Notes: a model not told the origin generated them from the letters alone. A stretch of 64,000 nt of DNA from an uncultured delta proteobacterium (GCA_963712515.1 CAVQIG010000017.1:79958-143957); one strand, 5' to 3'; positions 11,701-21,632 are shown, counted from the stretch's first letter. Translations and numbers: made by a program.

Positions 11701-12168
11701 CCCGCGGCGATGCCGCGGCAGGCGAACTGCTACTATTCGAGCTCGGATGCGGCGTTCATGGACCGTTACCAGGCCCTGGCCGAATACGAGAAAGTCAAAA
11801 CCGGCGAGGTACCCCTGGAAGGGGGCTGGCGCGTCTACTCGAGCGGAGCGGGCATTGCGCTGCGCCTCATCCACGAGTGCCTGCTCGGCGTTCGCAGGCG
11901 CAAGTCCGTGCTCGTCCTCGATCCGTTGATTCCAAAAGCGCTCGACGGCCTGCGAGCAGACCTCGAGCTCGGGGAGAAGCATGTGACGGTCGTGTACCGC
12001 ACCGAGAAACTGGGATACGGCCCGACGGCCGTCATCCTCAACGGGACGCCGCTACGCTTCGATCGCGAGGCGAATCCGTACCGTGCCGGAGGCGTGGAGG
12101 TATCGATGGCGGCGGTTCGCGATTTGTTGACGGACGCTACGAACACCCTGCAGATCCGACTTCGGTGA
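8743..12168 (+). CDS. GH94-clan-like (cellobiose/chitobiose phosphorylase-like) glycoside phosphorylase, 1141 aa, intact
   Basis: Single long ORF with a six-hairpin catalytic region containing HGDWNDSLQPLD and ...EQYSGGGWGTRDVCQGPVEML, as in GH94-type phosphorylases. An alternative start at 8758 has GGAGAA upstream. Confidence 0.55.
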   Translation: MENDAMTVQAFPARFESPSGLRAEVNANGSIRRIDHRDIMLNLFLGSEIEGGPTNIYLRRHGASIESVPLLGPRGPAAVFVDENGLTVRGDWNDIGFTLSLALAQSVPAWRWHGTLENKGGAPVVVDLIYAQDLALAHYGAVRMNEYYVSQYVDYTPLTHARCGHVLAVRQNLSMGGRNPWVVIGSLRSAVSFATDALQLHGLATRAGKVPDGLRAPMLEGKRRQHEHSMAVFQDAQLRLEPSASAAYGFFGWFEEHHEAASSPADLTFVERALALPQASPAERRVEIDGGSATLFSARPILKSIDLTEADVSELFGKKLRNVESNVESEDRRTLSFFTGAHRHVVLKAKELQVLRPHGHIIRSGDRLVPEEASLTSTTWMNGVVNSLVTQGHVNINRFLSTTRSYLGLQRSAGQRIFVELPDGYHLLDVPSAYEMTPNGCRWVYKHEGGLIEVRSWAPIDRHELILSVEIAAGPACRFLVSHHVALNGDDGADALPPQFVRDRDGVVIRPVGDGDVARRFPEGFFRIDAGRGTTFERVGGDEELFLDGKSRRQPFVTIVIAKTRKASLRITGHLVPGGNGGSAAKRPTAWPADRRKADQFWRGMIGPLTLHARRGDAARECHRLQEILPWLAHNAMIHYLAPRGLEQYSGGGWGTRDVCQGPVEMLLALGKWQPLRDLLLRVFKVQNSDGDWPQWFMFFERERGIRPTDSHGDIVFWPLLALAQYLIASEEPSVLDAIVPFFHPEGDERAEKATIWGHVERALKVIGQRVIPGTSLAAYGHGDWNDSLQPLDPAMSERLCSAWTVALHHHTLTTLAKALRHVGRGVPAETLEAYARSVKEDFHRVLIVDGTIPGYAYFEKDGRIELLLHPRDGATGITYSLLPMIHAIIDDLLTPAQAAAHVACIKEQLLGVDGARLFDRPFAYHGGPQRYFQRAESSTFFGREIGIMYMHAHLRFAEAMARYGDADAFLLALRQANPITIRSVVPAAMPRQANCYYSSSDAAFMDRYQALAEYEKVKTGEVPLEGGWRVYSSGAGIALRLIHECLLGVRRRKSVLVLDPLIPKALDGLRADLELGEKHVTVVYRTEKLGYGPTAVILNGTPLRFDREANPYRAGGVEVSMAAVRDLLTDATNTLQIRLR

Positions 12169-12209
12169 AGCCTCAACCCGACGCGCTCCGTCCGAGAATC
12201 CCCGCCTCG

Positions 12210-12281
12210 GGCTGACTGAGCGACAGTTCCGTCAGCCTGACTTACCTACGGGGCGCCCGACTGCACCCGACGTCGGGTTCT
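12210..12281. terminator. Possible bidirectional terminator-like palindromes between convergent genes
   Basis: GGCTGAC (12210-12216) pairs with GTCAGCC (12231-12237) around a 14-nt loop. The perfect palindrome CCCGACGTCGGG (12266-12277) is followed by TTCT. There is no strong U-tract. Confidence 0.2.
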
Positions 12282-12295
12282 CCATCGACATGGCG

Positions 12296-12391
12296 TCACC
12301 TCCGCGCGATCATCCACCGAGTAGAGCGGCTACCCCGGCCAGCGCAAGCCCAATGGCCACCATGACCAGGCTGGTGACCAGGCGGTTGGTG
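12296..12391 (-). pseudogene. Orphan 3' gene fragment (31 codons, MSCARTNRLVTSLVMVAIGLALAGVAALLGG*) paralogous to the C-terminus of the membrane-protein gene at 18515..19181
   Basis: Nucleotides 12309..12396 are 77/88 identical to 18514..18601. Both end in the same LLGG-stop. Similarity stops abruptly upstream. Confidence 0.5.
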
Positions 12392-12396
12392 CGGGC
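12309..12396. repeat. Imperfect direct repeat copy A (88 bp, ~88% identical to 18514..18601)
   Basis: Base-by-base alignment gives 77/88 identities. The terminal 21 nt gaccaggcggttggtgcgggc are identical in both copies. Confidence 0.8.
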
Positions 12397-12401
12397 ACAA
12401 C

Positions 12402-13888
12402 TCATGGTTTTGCCAGATCGCCGGTACTGACGGCAAACGCCGCGGCTCGCGTCCACGCTTCCGCGCGGGCCGCCTGCTCGAGCGCGCGGGCACGGGCGAG
12501 GCTGCGCTGCGACTCGCGCACGTCGGGAACGTCGCGAGCCCGTGCCGGTAGGACTCGAAGGTTGCTGCCCAAGCCTTCTCGGAGGCCGCGAGCAACGCCG
12601 CTGCCGCCCGCTGCTTGGAAAGGGCGACCTTGGCGTCGTCGTACGCCGTCCAGACCTGGCGGACCGCCTTCTCCTTGGCGTGCTCGAGCTCGTCCTCCGC
12701 CTCCTTCTGCCGCGATTCTGCCAGCTTCAACTTGTTCCGGCGCTCAAAGCCCTCGAACAGATCCAACTCGAAGCGCAGCCCAGCGCCGTACTGCAGGTCG
12801 CTCACGCCCTGATACGGACTGTTCTCAACCGATAGCTCGCCGATGTTCCCGCCGACTTCACTCCGTACGGCAAGGCGGGGCCAGTACTGCGCGCGAGCCT
12901 CGCGCACCGCAGCTTCCTGGGCCTGGACGCCGGCGAGCAGTGCGATCAGGTCGGGCCGCTGCGTGAGCGCTCGGTCGATGGCCTCGTCGACTGTCTCGGT
13001 GAGCTCAGGGGGCAGCGGCCGCTGCGAGGCGTCGACGATCTCGATCGGCGTGTAGGGTGCGATCCCGACGCTCTCGAGCAGTGTCATGCGGGTATCGTGC
13101 TCAGTGGCCATCGCGTCTTCGAGCTCGTAGGTCGCTCGCGCGGCTTCCTCTTCGGCCTGCAGGACCTCCGGCTGGGTGGCGAGCCCCCGGCTCTTACGAG
13201 CTGTGACCGACTCCTGTAGGCTCCGCGCGGAGTCGAGCGCCGCCCGGTCGGCGTTCAACTTGCCGCGTGCCGCCGTCAACGCATAGAAGTCCCGCGTGAC
13301 GTTGAAGACGACCTGTTGGTGCTTCGCGTTGAAGCCGGCGTTGGCCTCCACGATGAGCGCTTGGGCCGCATCCACCGCCGCCCGTCGGCGACCGAAATCG
13401 AGCAGCAGCCACTCCAGGTTGAGCGCGGGGATGACGAAGTGCGTATCGGCGCGGAAGACGCCTCCAGGGACGACCGTCTCGGGAATCGGGAGGGGGACGG
13501 ACGCGATCGCAGCGGTCGCCGCCGCGGCGAGCCGGGGATAGTAGGTCCCCTCCGCCAGACCGGCGGCAATGGCGGCCTGACGGGCGCGTTCCCACGCGAC
13601 GCGTGTCTCCGGATTGGTGCGCTGCGCGATGTCGATCAGCTCGGTCAGCTCGTAGGTCTTCTGGGAATCGATGGACACCCGCTCCCGACGCTCCGCCTGA
13701 TTGGCGACCCGGAGCACACCTGACGCGCTCTCCAGACCCGGACCCTTCCACGGGCGGTCGGCTGACGGCGGCGCATTCGCGAGCGGCGCGTATGCGGCGC
13801 ACGCTGCAAGCAGCAGGCACGCGATAGGCGCCAGCAGAAACGGCAATTCCGTTCCACGCTCATCTCTAGGTCGTTCGCTCCGAATCAC
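12402..13888 (-). CDS. Efflux transporter outer membrane factor lipoprotein (NodT/TolC family), frameshift near 12525
   Basis: Lipobox LLAAC, then ...YELTELIDIAQRTNPETRVAWERARQA... and TolC-like repeats. The C-terminus continues in the -1 frame (VPDVRESQRSLARARALEQAARAEAWTRAAAFAVSTGDLAKP*) to stop 12402. The GTG start at 13888 overlaps the FUSC stop (GTGA). Confidence 0.7.
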
Positions 13889-15930
13889 CCGCTGAAGCCC
13901 CCGGACCCCAGGCGCTCGAGGCGCGGCACCAGCTCGCGATACAACGCCAGCCGACCTTCGACCTGGACCGCGACTTCCGGGTTCGCGATCCGCGGGATCT
14001 CTGCTCGCATGAGGTCGGTTAAGGCCGCGAGAGGCGCGCGCAGGTCCGGAAGGTCGCGAGACGCGACGGCCTGCGCCCGATCGGCGATCGACATCGAGAC
14101 TCTCCGCCACCGCCGCGTCGAAGCGGCGCGCACCGACGACCAGCGACTCCGAGAGCTCCGCCGGCGCAACGTTCGGGCGCTGGCTCGCGATCGCCAATTG
14201 CGTCAGGAAGACAACCTGGGCTTCGGTCGTCGCCGCCTGGAATCGGTCCCGCGCCGCGTCCATTTCGGGCCTGGACGCGCTCCACTCGAAGGCTTCTTCC
14301 TCCGCCGACTGCTGCGCGGTCGCAAAGTGGCGATACGCTAGCTCGCGCAAGCCCTGGACCTCCCGGGCGACGACCGCCTGGTCGTCGCTGCGGCTGCCTA
14401 CCCTGGCCAGGTCGGCCATCGCCCGCAACGCGGACCCGAGGCTCGCCCACATCGCCGCGCCCGCCCGGACCGGCCAGACGGAGAGGAACACGAACGAGAT
14501 GACGGCGTTGCCGAGCAGGATGCCGATCATGCGATCGCGAATCGTGTAGAAATACCAGCTCGGCGCGAAGCCCTGAATCACACAGACGAAGAAGGCGAAC
14601 GCGACCTGCACGCCGGCGTAGGAGATGCGCGCACTCCCGACGTAGACCCACGCAGCGACCGCGCTGCCGGCGGCGACGAGCAGCGCCAGCGACGTGATCG
14701 ACTCGGCGCCCGGGATGACCAGCATGATGGCGAGGAATCCCAAGGCCCCACCAGCGAGGGCGCCGGCGATGCGCAAAGTCCCCTTCTGGATCGTCGCCCC
14801 TTCGCTCGTCAGCCCGACGATCATGCAGGTGATGATACAGGTGCGGATGCCTGGCCAGTCGACGGCGCTCTGCAGGAGATAGCAGATCATGACGGCAAGC
14901 GCCCCCTTGAGCGCGTACCGGACGTACTCCGGGTTCGTGAACGCGTCCGCTACGAACAGACTGCGGCGGTCGGGTTCGGGCGCGGCCGGCGCGACCGTGA
15001 CCGCCTCGGGCCCGAGCGCCTGCTGCGATGAGCGCCACGACGTGCTCGAGCTCGACGATGACCGGCAGCATGGCGGAGCCGTGGGCGACCTGGAGCGAGG
15101 GATCGACGCTGCGCAGCGCAGGCGTCGGCGTCTCGCCGTCGTCCAGCGCGCGCCGTACAGGGGCGCAGGCCGCGGCGACTGCCTCCAACCGCTCACGCTC
15201 GCCCGCGCGCGGCTCGACGCGAAAGGACCTCGAGCGCGGCGGCGGCGGTAACGAGACGGTCGACCAGCGTGATCAGGGCGCTCTGCTGCGCGTGGCGCGG
15301 ACGGATCGACGGGTGCAAGACCTCGGCACTGCGGAGGAGGGCGAGCAGCCTCGCGATGCCCGAGGTTGCGAAGCGCCGGGTCTGCGGTTCGTCCGCCGAC
15401 CTGCCGAGACGGCGGGCGATCGCTCCCTCGGCGGCGCGCACGCGCCCCACGAGCTCGTCGCGGAGCAGCTCGGCGGGATCCGTCGGCGCGATCAGCAGGT
15501 TGGCGCCGACCGCGCCCGCGATGCCCAGCGCGAACACCGGCCAGATCCAAAGCGTGGCTCGGACGATGAGCTCCGGAGACGGCACGAAGTCCGGCACCGT
15601 CAGGACGATGGTCGAGACCAGGCCGAGAACGAACCCGAAGGTGCCGATGACGAACGTTCTCCGCAGGAACAGCGCCACCGCCGCCATTACCCCAATCAGG
15701 CAGAAGCGGAGCCACGGTTGGTCCATCGCGATGAACAGGAGGACGAGCGCGAGGACGAGCGCGACTGTGATCGCGACCAGCGCAACGATGCCCGTGAGCA
15801 GCGTTTCGCCGGACTCCTCGAGCGCGATCTTGAAGACCACCCAGACGGCGAGGTGGGCCTCCGGCACTCGGAGCGTCATGCAGAGCACGAGCACCACGAC
15901 GCACGCGACCACGATGCGGCACGTGGCCAC
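13885..15930 (-). CDS. FUSC family (fusaric acid resistance / AaeB-like) inner membrane efflux protein; at least three frameshifts (~15190, ~15050, ~14110); start uncertain
   Basis: The N-terminal TM half is in ORF 15193..15930 (…PTDPAELLRDELVGRVRAAEGAIARRL…). The second TM half is in the long-ORF frame (…NPEYVRYALKGALAVMICYLLQSAVDWPGIRT…). The C-terminal tail is in ORF 13885..14169. No canonical start lies between the in-frame TGA at 16062..16060 and GTG 15930. Confidence 0.65.
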
Positions 15931-16059
15931 GCCACGTCCAGGGAAAGGCGCCAGCTCGCGGCGCAGAAAGTCGAGCAGCGAGTAGCGCTGCCCTGAGCGC
16001 TCGGCTCGGCAGCGCGGTCGATGCTGCAGGGGAGGCAGGCACGAGCGTAGTAGCTTTGT

Positions 16060-17121
16060 TCAGCGTGCGCCGTCGGCGGCGCGGGTGGAGGATCCGGCTC
16101 CGAACGATGGCGACGGCCGAGGCGCCGACACGGAACAGCGTCGGGCGGCTCCGGGTTCTCGACGCGGATGCGCACCGGGAACCGCTGCGCGATGTGCACC
16201 CAATTGAGCTCGCGCCTGATCTTGGGCAGCCCGGGCGCGATCGGTTGGTCTTCGGGGTTCACTGCCCAGCCGACCCCCTGTACCGTACCGCGGAAACGGT
16301 GCCGCGGATCGGCCAGCACGTACATCTCCGCTTCCATCCCGGGCGCGATGCGCGCAAGGTCAGTCTCGCGGTAGTTCGCCACGACGTACCAAGCGCGCGC
16401 GTCGACGAGCGAGAACACCGGCGCAGGACCGGGTGCGACGAACTGGCCGACCGCGGTATGAAGATTGACGACACGCGCGTCAAACGGGGCGCGCACGTAG
16501 CAGAAGCTTAGATCGAGCTCGGCCTTGCCGAGCGCCGCCTGTGCCGCATCGCGCTTCGCCCGAAGCGCGCTCAGAGTGCCGACGTCCTGCTCGGCCTGAT
16601 CCATCTTCCGCCGCGCTTCGTCGAGGCCGGCCTGGGCGGCGAGCTTCGCGGTGCGGGCCTGGTCCACCTTGTCGGGAGTCACGAACTCCTTCGCCAGCAG
16701 CGGCTCGATCCGCTCGAGGCTATCGGTGGCGTTCTTCACCTGTGCCTCGGCGCGGCGCACAGCCGCTCTCGCCGCGTCGACCGCGAAGCGCTGCCCCTCG
16801 ATCTGCCGCTGGGTCACGTCGATCTCGCCGTCGAGCGCGGCTACCTCTGCGCGCGCGCGTTGCACCGCGAACTCGTACGGGCGCGGGTCGATGACGAACA
16901 GGAGATCGCCTTGCTGTGATCGACTGGTTGTCGGCGACGTGGAGCTCGCTGATCGTGCCGCTCACCTGCGGGACTACGTCGATGATGTCGGCCATCACGA
17001 TCGCGTCGTCCGTTTGCGGATTGCGCACCACGCGCCGAAGGACCACGATCCCGAGCACGACGGCTCCGATCACGAGCCCGAGAACGACGAGTCGCCCGAC
17101 GGAACGGCCCGTCCTGCTCAC
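16060..17121 (-). CDS. HlyD-family membrane fusion protein (AaeA-like), multiple frameshifts (~16890, ~16080)
   Basis: The N-terminal TM and lipoyl-like segment (VSRTGRSVGRLVVLGL…VPQVSGTISELHVADNQSI) switches frame to …QGDLLFVIDPRPYEFAVQRARAEV… and then …NWVHIAQRFPVRIRVENPEPP…. GTG 17121 lies 1 nt after the DUF1656 stop. The gene ends at a TGA at 16062..16060 that is in the FUSC frame. Confidence 0.65.
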
Positions 17122-17122
17122 G

Positions 17123-17326
17123 TCAGCTCTCGAACACGACAAGCCAGGTCGCGAAGATCAGAAGGCAGGCCAGGCTCATGTACGCGAGCGCGGCAGGACG
17201 AAGATAGCAAGCCGTGTCGGTCGCAACGAGCACCTGCCGGACGATCACGGTGAGCAGCAGGCCGATCACGATGCTGATCAACCATGCCGGGAAGAACGAA
17301 CCGAGGATGCTCACCGACGGTGCCAT
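17123..17326 (-). CDS. DUF1656 / AaeX-like small membrane protein (67 aa)
   Basis: MAPSVSILGSFFPAWLISIVIGLLLTVIVRQVLVATDTACYLRPAALAYMSLACLLIFATWLVVFES has the same length and two-TM architecture as E. coli AaeX. It sits upstream of the HlyD and FUSC genes, as in aaeXAB. Confidence 0.7.
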   Translation of the reverse strand: MAPSVSILGSFFPAWLISIVIGLLLTVIVRQVLVATDTACYLRPAALAYMSLACLLIFATWLVVFES

Positions 17327-17618
17327 GAAGCAATCGCATTGGCACGGCGAGCTGCGGCGCCATTAGAGGAAGGCGCCACACCCTCGGTCGTGTCGACGTA
17401 GTAGAACCCGTCTTGGGCGCCGCAGCGGCCGGGCACACGCCTTCTCGAACTCCCGTGTGCTTCCGTATTGGACTTCACATCCGTTGCACACCGGAGGTAT
17501 TTCAAATCTGTGGCACAAGCACTTTGTCGCAATGATCAACCGTCTTCCCCAAGCGTCCGGGTCGCGAGGGGTTGTATGCTCGCCGTCGAAACCCTACACG
17601 TCGATGGGGATATAGACC

Positions 17619-18056
17619 ATGGATGCAGCATACCTTTCCGCGCTCGCAGCGTTGGCCGGATCGACGATCGGCGGCCTCACGTCCCTGGCGACCTCGTGGC
17701 TGACCCAGCACGGGCAATTCAGAGCGCAACAACTCAGCCACAAAATGACCAGGCGAGAGGAATTATATAAGGAATTCATCGACGAGGCTTCAAAACTGTA
17801 TGCGGACGCGTTTGAGAATGAAAACGCACCGCCGTCCAAACTGGTGAAACTGTTTTCCCTCGTCAGCACGATGCGCGTTGTGTCGTCGCCACAGATCGTC
17901 GAGAGCGCAGATAGAGTCGTGCGAATGATCGTTAAGACGTATCAAGCGCGGAATAGGACGATTCGCGATGTACCGGGGCTCATGGATAGCGGCGAGTTGG
18001 ATCCCCTATGGGAATTTGGCAACGCCTGCCGCGAAGAACTGCACGCCTTTCGGTGA
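17619..18056 (+). CDS. Hypothetical protein with N-terminal TM anchor (145 aa), lower-GC gene
   Basis: Intact ORF with an N-terminal hydrophobic helix (AAYLSALAALAGSTIGGLTSLATSWL) followed by a helical soluble region. Local GC is ~55% against ~67% background. I recognise no family. Confidence 0.45.
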   Translation: MDAAYLSALAALAGSTIGGLTSLATSWLTQHGQFRAQQLSHKMTRREELYKEFIDEASKLYADAFENENAPPSKLVKLFSLVSTMRVVSSPQIVESADRVVRMIVKTYQARNRTIRDVPGLMDSGELDPLWEFGNACREELHAFR

Positions 18057-18115
18057 GCACGAGTGAGATTATCTCTACGGCGAGTGGGAGACGACAAATC
18101 GTACGCGATTCCGTG

Positions 18116-18490
18116 ATGAAACGTAGCCAAGCTCAGCTCTTCTTTCTTGCAATGTCCCTTGCGGCTTTGCCGGCCTCGTACGCTGGCACGCCGCGCCTCT
18201 TGTCCTACCAGGCCAAAAACCACTTCGGTGAGAAAGTCACCGTATGTGGCCTCGTGGCGTCGACAAACTATGCCACATCGAGCCATCGCGCACCCACTTT
18301 CTTGTATCTCGACCGTCCGTACCCGCACCAACCGTTTACCATCGTGATATGGGGCGATGATCGAGCAAAGTTCGGATCGCCCGAAGCAACCTATGCAGGC
18401 AAGCGCCTTTGCGTAACCGGGACCATCGAGGAGTATCGCGGCGAGCCCGAAATCATCGCTACTACGCCGGACCAAATCTCGACCGAATAG
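18116..18490 (+). CDS. Periplasmic OB-fold protein, YgiW/YdeI (BOF, DUF388) family-like
   Basis: Signal peptide MKRSQAQLFFLAMSLAALPASYA. The OB-fold pattern EKVTVCGLVAST…FLYLDRPYP…FTIVIW…GKRLCVTGTIEEYRGEPEIIATTPDQI resembles YgiW/BOF-family proteins (TWVTLRGNIVERISDD…). GC is lower than background. Confidence 0.5.
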   Translation: MKRSQAQLFFLAMSLAALPASYAGTPRLLSYQAKNHFGEKVTVCGLVASTNYATSSHRAPTFLYLDRPYPHQPFTIVIWGDDRAKFGSPEATYAGKRLCVTGTIEEYRGEPEIIATTPDQISTE

Positions 18491-18513
18491 GGAGTGACGG
18501 GCTTGTGGCGCAC

Positions 18514-18601
18514 ATCATCCACCGAGAAGCACGGCCACGCCGACCAGCGCGAGCCCAATGGCAACCATAACCAGGCCGGCGACCAGGCGGTTGGTGCGGG
18601 C
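18514..18601. repeat. Imperfect direct repeat copy B (88 bp), 3' end of the membrane-protein gene
   Basis: Pairs with 12309..12396 (77/88 identities). Confidence 0.8.
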
Positions 18602-19181
18602 GTACTGCGCCCACTTCTGGCCGACAATGAAGAGCATTGCGATCAAGAGGACGTTGGAGACGCGCAACGCCCGGGTTGGTTCTGAAAGAATCAGGAAGGG
18701 TACTGCCGCCGGCAGACACGAGAGGAAGACCAGCAAGAAGCACGCGAGCGCGCCGTATAGATCATCTCGCGTCACGCGGGTCCTCGGGGCTTCGGCCTGA
18801 GTAAGGTACGCAAGGATGGACCGACACAGAGCCTCACGCGCTCCGGTCCGGCCAGTGCGTCGAATCGCGGCTCGATTTGATCGCGGACGATGTCGAGCGC
18901 TGCGCGTTCGTCGGGAGCACTTTGAATCGCCTGAATGACGTGCGCCTTCTCCCCGCGTGCGTCATGCAGTTCATGACGTACATTACGCCATCGATGATCC
19001 CCCAGGCGACGTTGCAGCCGAGCGCCGCGAGCAACAGTTGGCGGACGCCGGCGGCGCCTTCCGCCACCGTGAGTCCGGCGGTCAGGGTGACGCTCAGCAC
19101 CATGATGAGCCCGAATAGGACCTCGCCCAGGCGACTGGCCGGATCGAGGTATCTGCTCTATGAACGGTTCCGATTTCGGCT
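18515..19181 (-). CDS. Integral membrane protein with a 2TM - soluble loop - 3TM topology resembling VIT1/CCC1-type transporters (family uncertain); two frameshifts
   Basis: Three consecutive minus frames: MTDQPKSEPFIEQIPRSGQS / LGEVLFGLIMVLSVTLTAGLTVAEGAAGVRQLLLAALGCNVAWGIIDGVMYVM… / …RDDLYGALACFLLVFLSCLPAAVPFLIL…NRLVAGLVMVAIGLALVGVAVLLGG*. ATG at 19181. Confidence 0.45.
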
Positions 19182-19249
19182 GGTCGGTCATAGTATTGTC
19201 CGACTGACTTGCAGAACACGTAGCGCCGATGAGATCGGCTGTTCGCCAC

Positions 19250-21015
19250 TCATTGAGATCGCGCCTCCGGCGTCGGCACGCCATCGCCCTCCTCCGGCAG
19301 CCGCACATCTCCCACCGCCTGGTACTGCTTCCCGGTGACCAAGACGTCCGTACGGGCCCGCACCGTCAGGTCCACCGACTCGCCAATGGCCTTTGCGGTG
19401 CGTTCTTCTATGTTGCGCACGTCGTTGGGTGCGAGGACGCGTGGAGCGCGCAACGTCTGCGCGCACCGCCCAGCCCGACTCCGAGCGCACCGCATCGATC
19501 GCCGTGACGAAGGTGTTCGGCAGGCTCTGCAGGTTCGCCCGTACCGTCTCTTCAACCGTCCGCTGTCCGTTGTGCTTCCTCCGCAGACGACGCACCGAAG
19601 TGCGCCTCGCCGAACAGGACGCGTCCCTTCGAGGTGATGTCCACTGATTCGGCCACCCGGATGACAACGCGTACGCTCTGATCCCCCAAGCGCTCCCGCA
19701 ACAGTGCTTCGAACCGTGCGATGCGGGCGGGGCTCGGCGGCCGCGCGCTCTCGATGATACGACGATCACGCGGGCCGGTCGGGAAGTTCACCAGCTCGAC
19801 GTCCTTCAAGATGATGTCGGGCCGCGTCGCCACCACTTCGCGCGCCACTTGCTCCGCCTGTTGCAGCAGCCGCATGTCCGGCGAGACCGGCGCCGTGGTC
19901 ACCTTGCCATTGAGGCTCAGGTACGGACGGAGGGTCGTCGATCCCGTCGCCGTGACATCTTTGGTCAGCGTGCAGCGCATGAAGAGGCGAACGGGCTCAC
20001 CGAGGCGGCTACCCAACGCGTCTTGAATCTCATTGACGCGCCCGGGCGCGGGCACATGGGGAGTTCGCACCTCCGCGAGCACGTCCACCCCGTCTTTGCC
20101 GCGGCTGAAGTCGACGGCCGAAAGCGCGGTGCTGGGTTCGTGAGCCAGCTCTTGGTCGAGCACCGCGGTGATGGCGCGTTGCGTGTGGATGTTGCTGACC
20201 ATGCGCACGAGGTACTTGGTGAGCAGCGCGGTGACGAGCAGCAGCCCGATCGCCGCCGGGGCGAAGCGCCGCGCCAGGCCGCGGACCGATCCGATCTCCG
20301 CCCAGGTGACGAACCCGGCGATGAGGAACAGGACGGCGGCGACGGCGAGGATGGCAAGCACGTTGGCGAAGAAGAGGAGGAATGCGCCCCAGGCACCCTG
20401 GTAGGCCCCGAACGCGAGGCACAGACCGATCGCCGCGACGGGGGGATTGAGCGCGGTGGCGATCGCCACGCCGGGGAGCGCCGGGCTGACGCGCTCGTCG
20501 ATCATGGCGAGCACGCCGGCGAAGCCGGCAAGCGCGGCCACCAGCAGGTCGATCAGCGTCGGCTGGGTCTGCGCCAGCAGGGACGGCGTGGGATCGCCCC
20601 AAAACGGCAGCAGACCCAGCAGATACGTCAGCACGACGGCGAGCAGCGCGCCGCCGAACTCGGCGAGCAGCGCGGTGCGCAGCAGCCGCAGGTCGCCGCG
20701 CATCAGGCCGAGCGAGATGCCGATGATCGGCGTCATCAGCGGCGCCACGACGTTCGCCCCGATCAGGGTGGCATCGCTGCCGATGATCAAGGCGAAGGCG
20801 GCGATCAGCTCCGAGATGCCGAGCAATACGTAGTACGTCGCCGTCGGCTGCGAGCCGATCTCGATGTCGCTGAGCACGACGGCGCGCCGCTCGGGTGAGA
20901 CCGACGCGAGGTCGAGCACCGCTCGCATCCACGTCTCCGGCCACGACTGCGGCCGCGGCCGCTGCGGCGAGCCGGTGTCACCCGAAGTCCGGGCCTCGTG
21001 TTCGGCCTGGCTCAT
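19250..21015 (-). CDS. DUF389-like (TIGR00341-type) membrane protein, probable frameshift near 19553
   Basis: MSQAEHEAR… followed by hydrophobic segments LIIGSDATLIGANVVAPLMTPIIGISLGL… typical of DUF389. The C-terminal repeat-like segment continues in the next frame (NIEERTAKAIGESVDLTVRARTDVLVTGKQYQAVGDV). ATG at 21015. Confidence 0.55.
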
Positions 21016-21025
21016 GGCTGGCGAC

Positions 21026-21632
21026 TCAATACGGGTTGAAGATCGAGGGGCCGACGGCGCGCGGCGTCGGCAGGGAGCTCGGGGGCGCGGTAGGCACAGG
21101 GGTCCTCGCGGGCATCGGCTCCGTGGCGGTCGCTTCGGGAGCCGACGGCACTTCTTCGCCAGGAGTGGCGACGGGCTCTTCGGGCTCCGCCTGTTCCTCA
21201 GCCGCGGGAGCGACGGGTTCTTCGGGCTGTGCCTCGACACCCGCGGCAGTGCTCGGCGCGGTCGGCAAGCGCCAGGTGAGCTGCGCGTTGTCGACCCAGC
21301 CCTTCACACCGCTCTTTGTGCTCTCCACCAGCGCATAACCACGCTCGACCTTGGAGCGCATGACCTTTTCGTGGAGTGAGAGCGTCCCGACGACCTTCGA
21401 CGACGGAGGACGGTTCGCTGTACACCTTCAGCCCCTCGACACCCGCGTAGTACGCCTGCGGAGCTCGTACGCCGGTTGGGGCCGTCGGCGTCGGTGAGGG
21501 CGTCGGCGTTGCAGATCCGATCCAACCGCCGACGGTCTTCTGAGTGGCCGCGCAGCTCGCAAGCAGAATGGCGACGGCAAGCGCGGCGGCGACGCGAGCG
21601 ATTCGCGAGCTCTGAGCACGACCTGCGACCAT
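21026..21632 (-). CDS. Lipoprotein with SH3b-like domain and Pro/Glu-rich tail, frameshift near 21365
   Basis: MVAGRAQSSRIARVAAALAVAILLASCAATQ… (lipobox LASC). The SH3-like segment YYAGVEGLKVYSEPSS switches frame to …VERGYALVESTKSGVKGWVDNAQLTW, followed by a Pro/Glu/Ala-rich C-terminus. Confidence 0.55.

Noticed and set aside
12296-16042. 1248-aa minus-strand ORF
   Set aside because: Chimeric read-through: it strings together wrong-frame stretches of the HlyD, FUSC and OMF genes plus the orphan fragment. Only parts of it coincide with real reading frames.
17942-18475. 177-aa minus ORF antisense to the YgiW-like and hypothetical genes
   Set aside because: Antisense to two plus-strand genes that have a signal peptide / TM and fold-consistent sequence.
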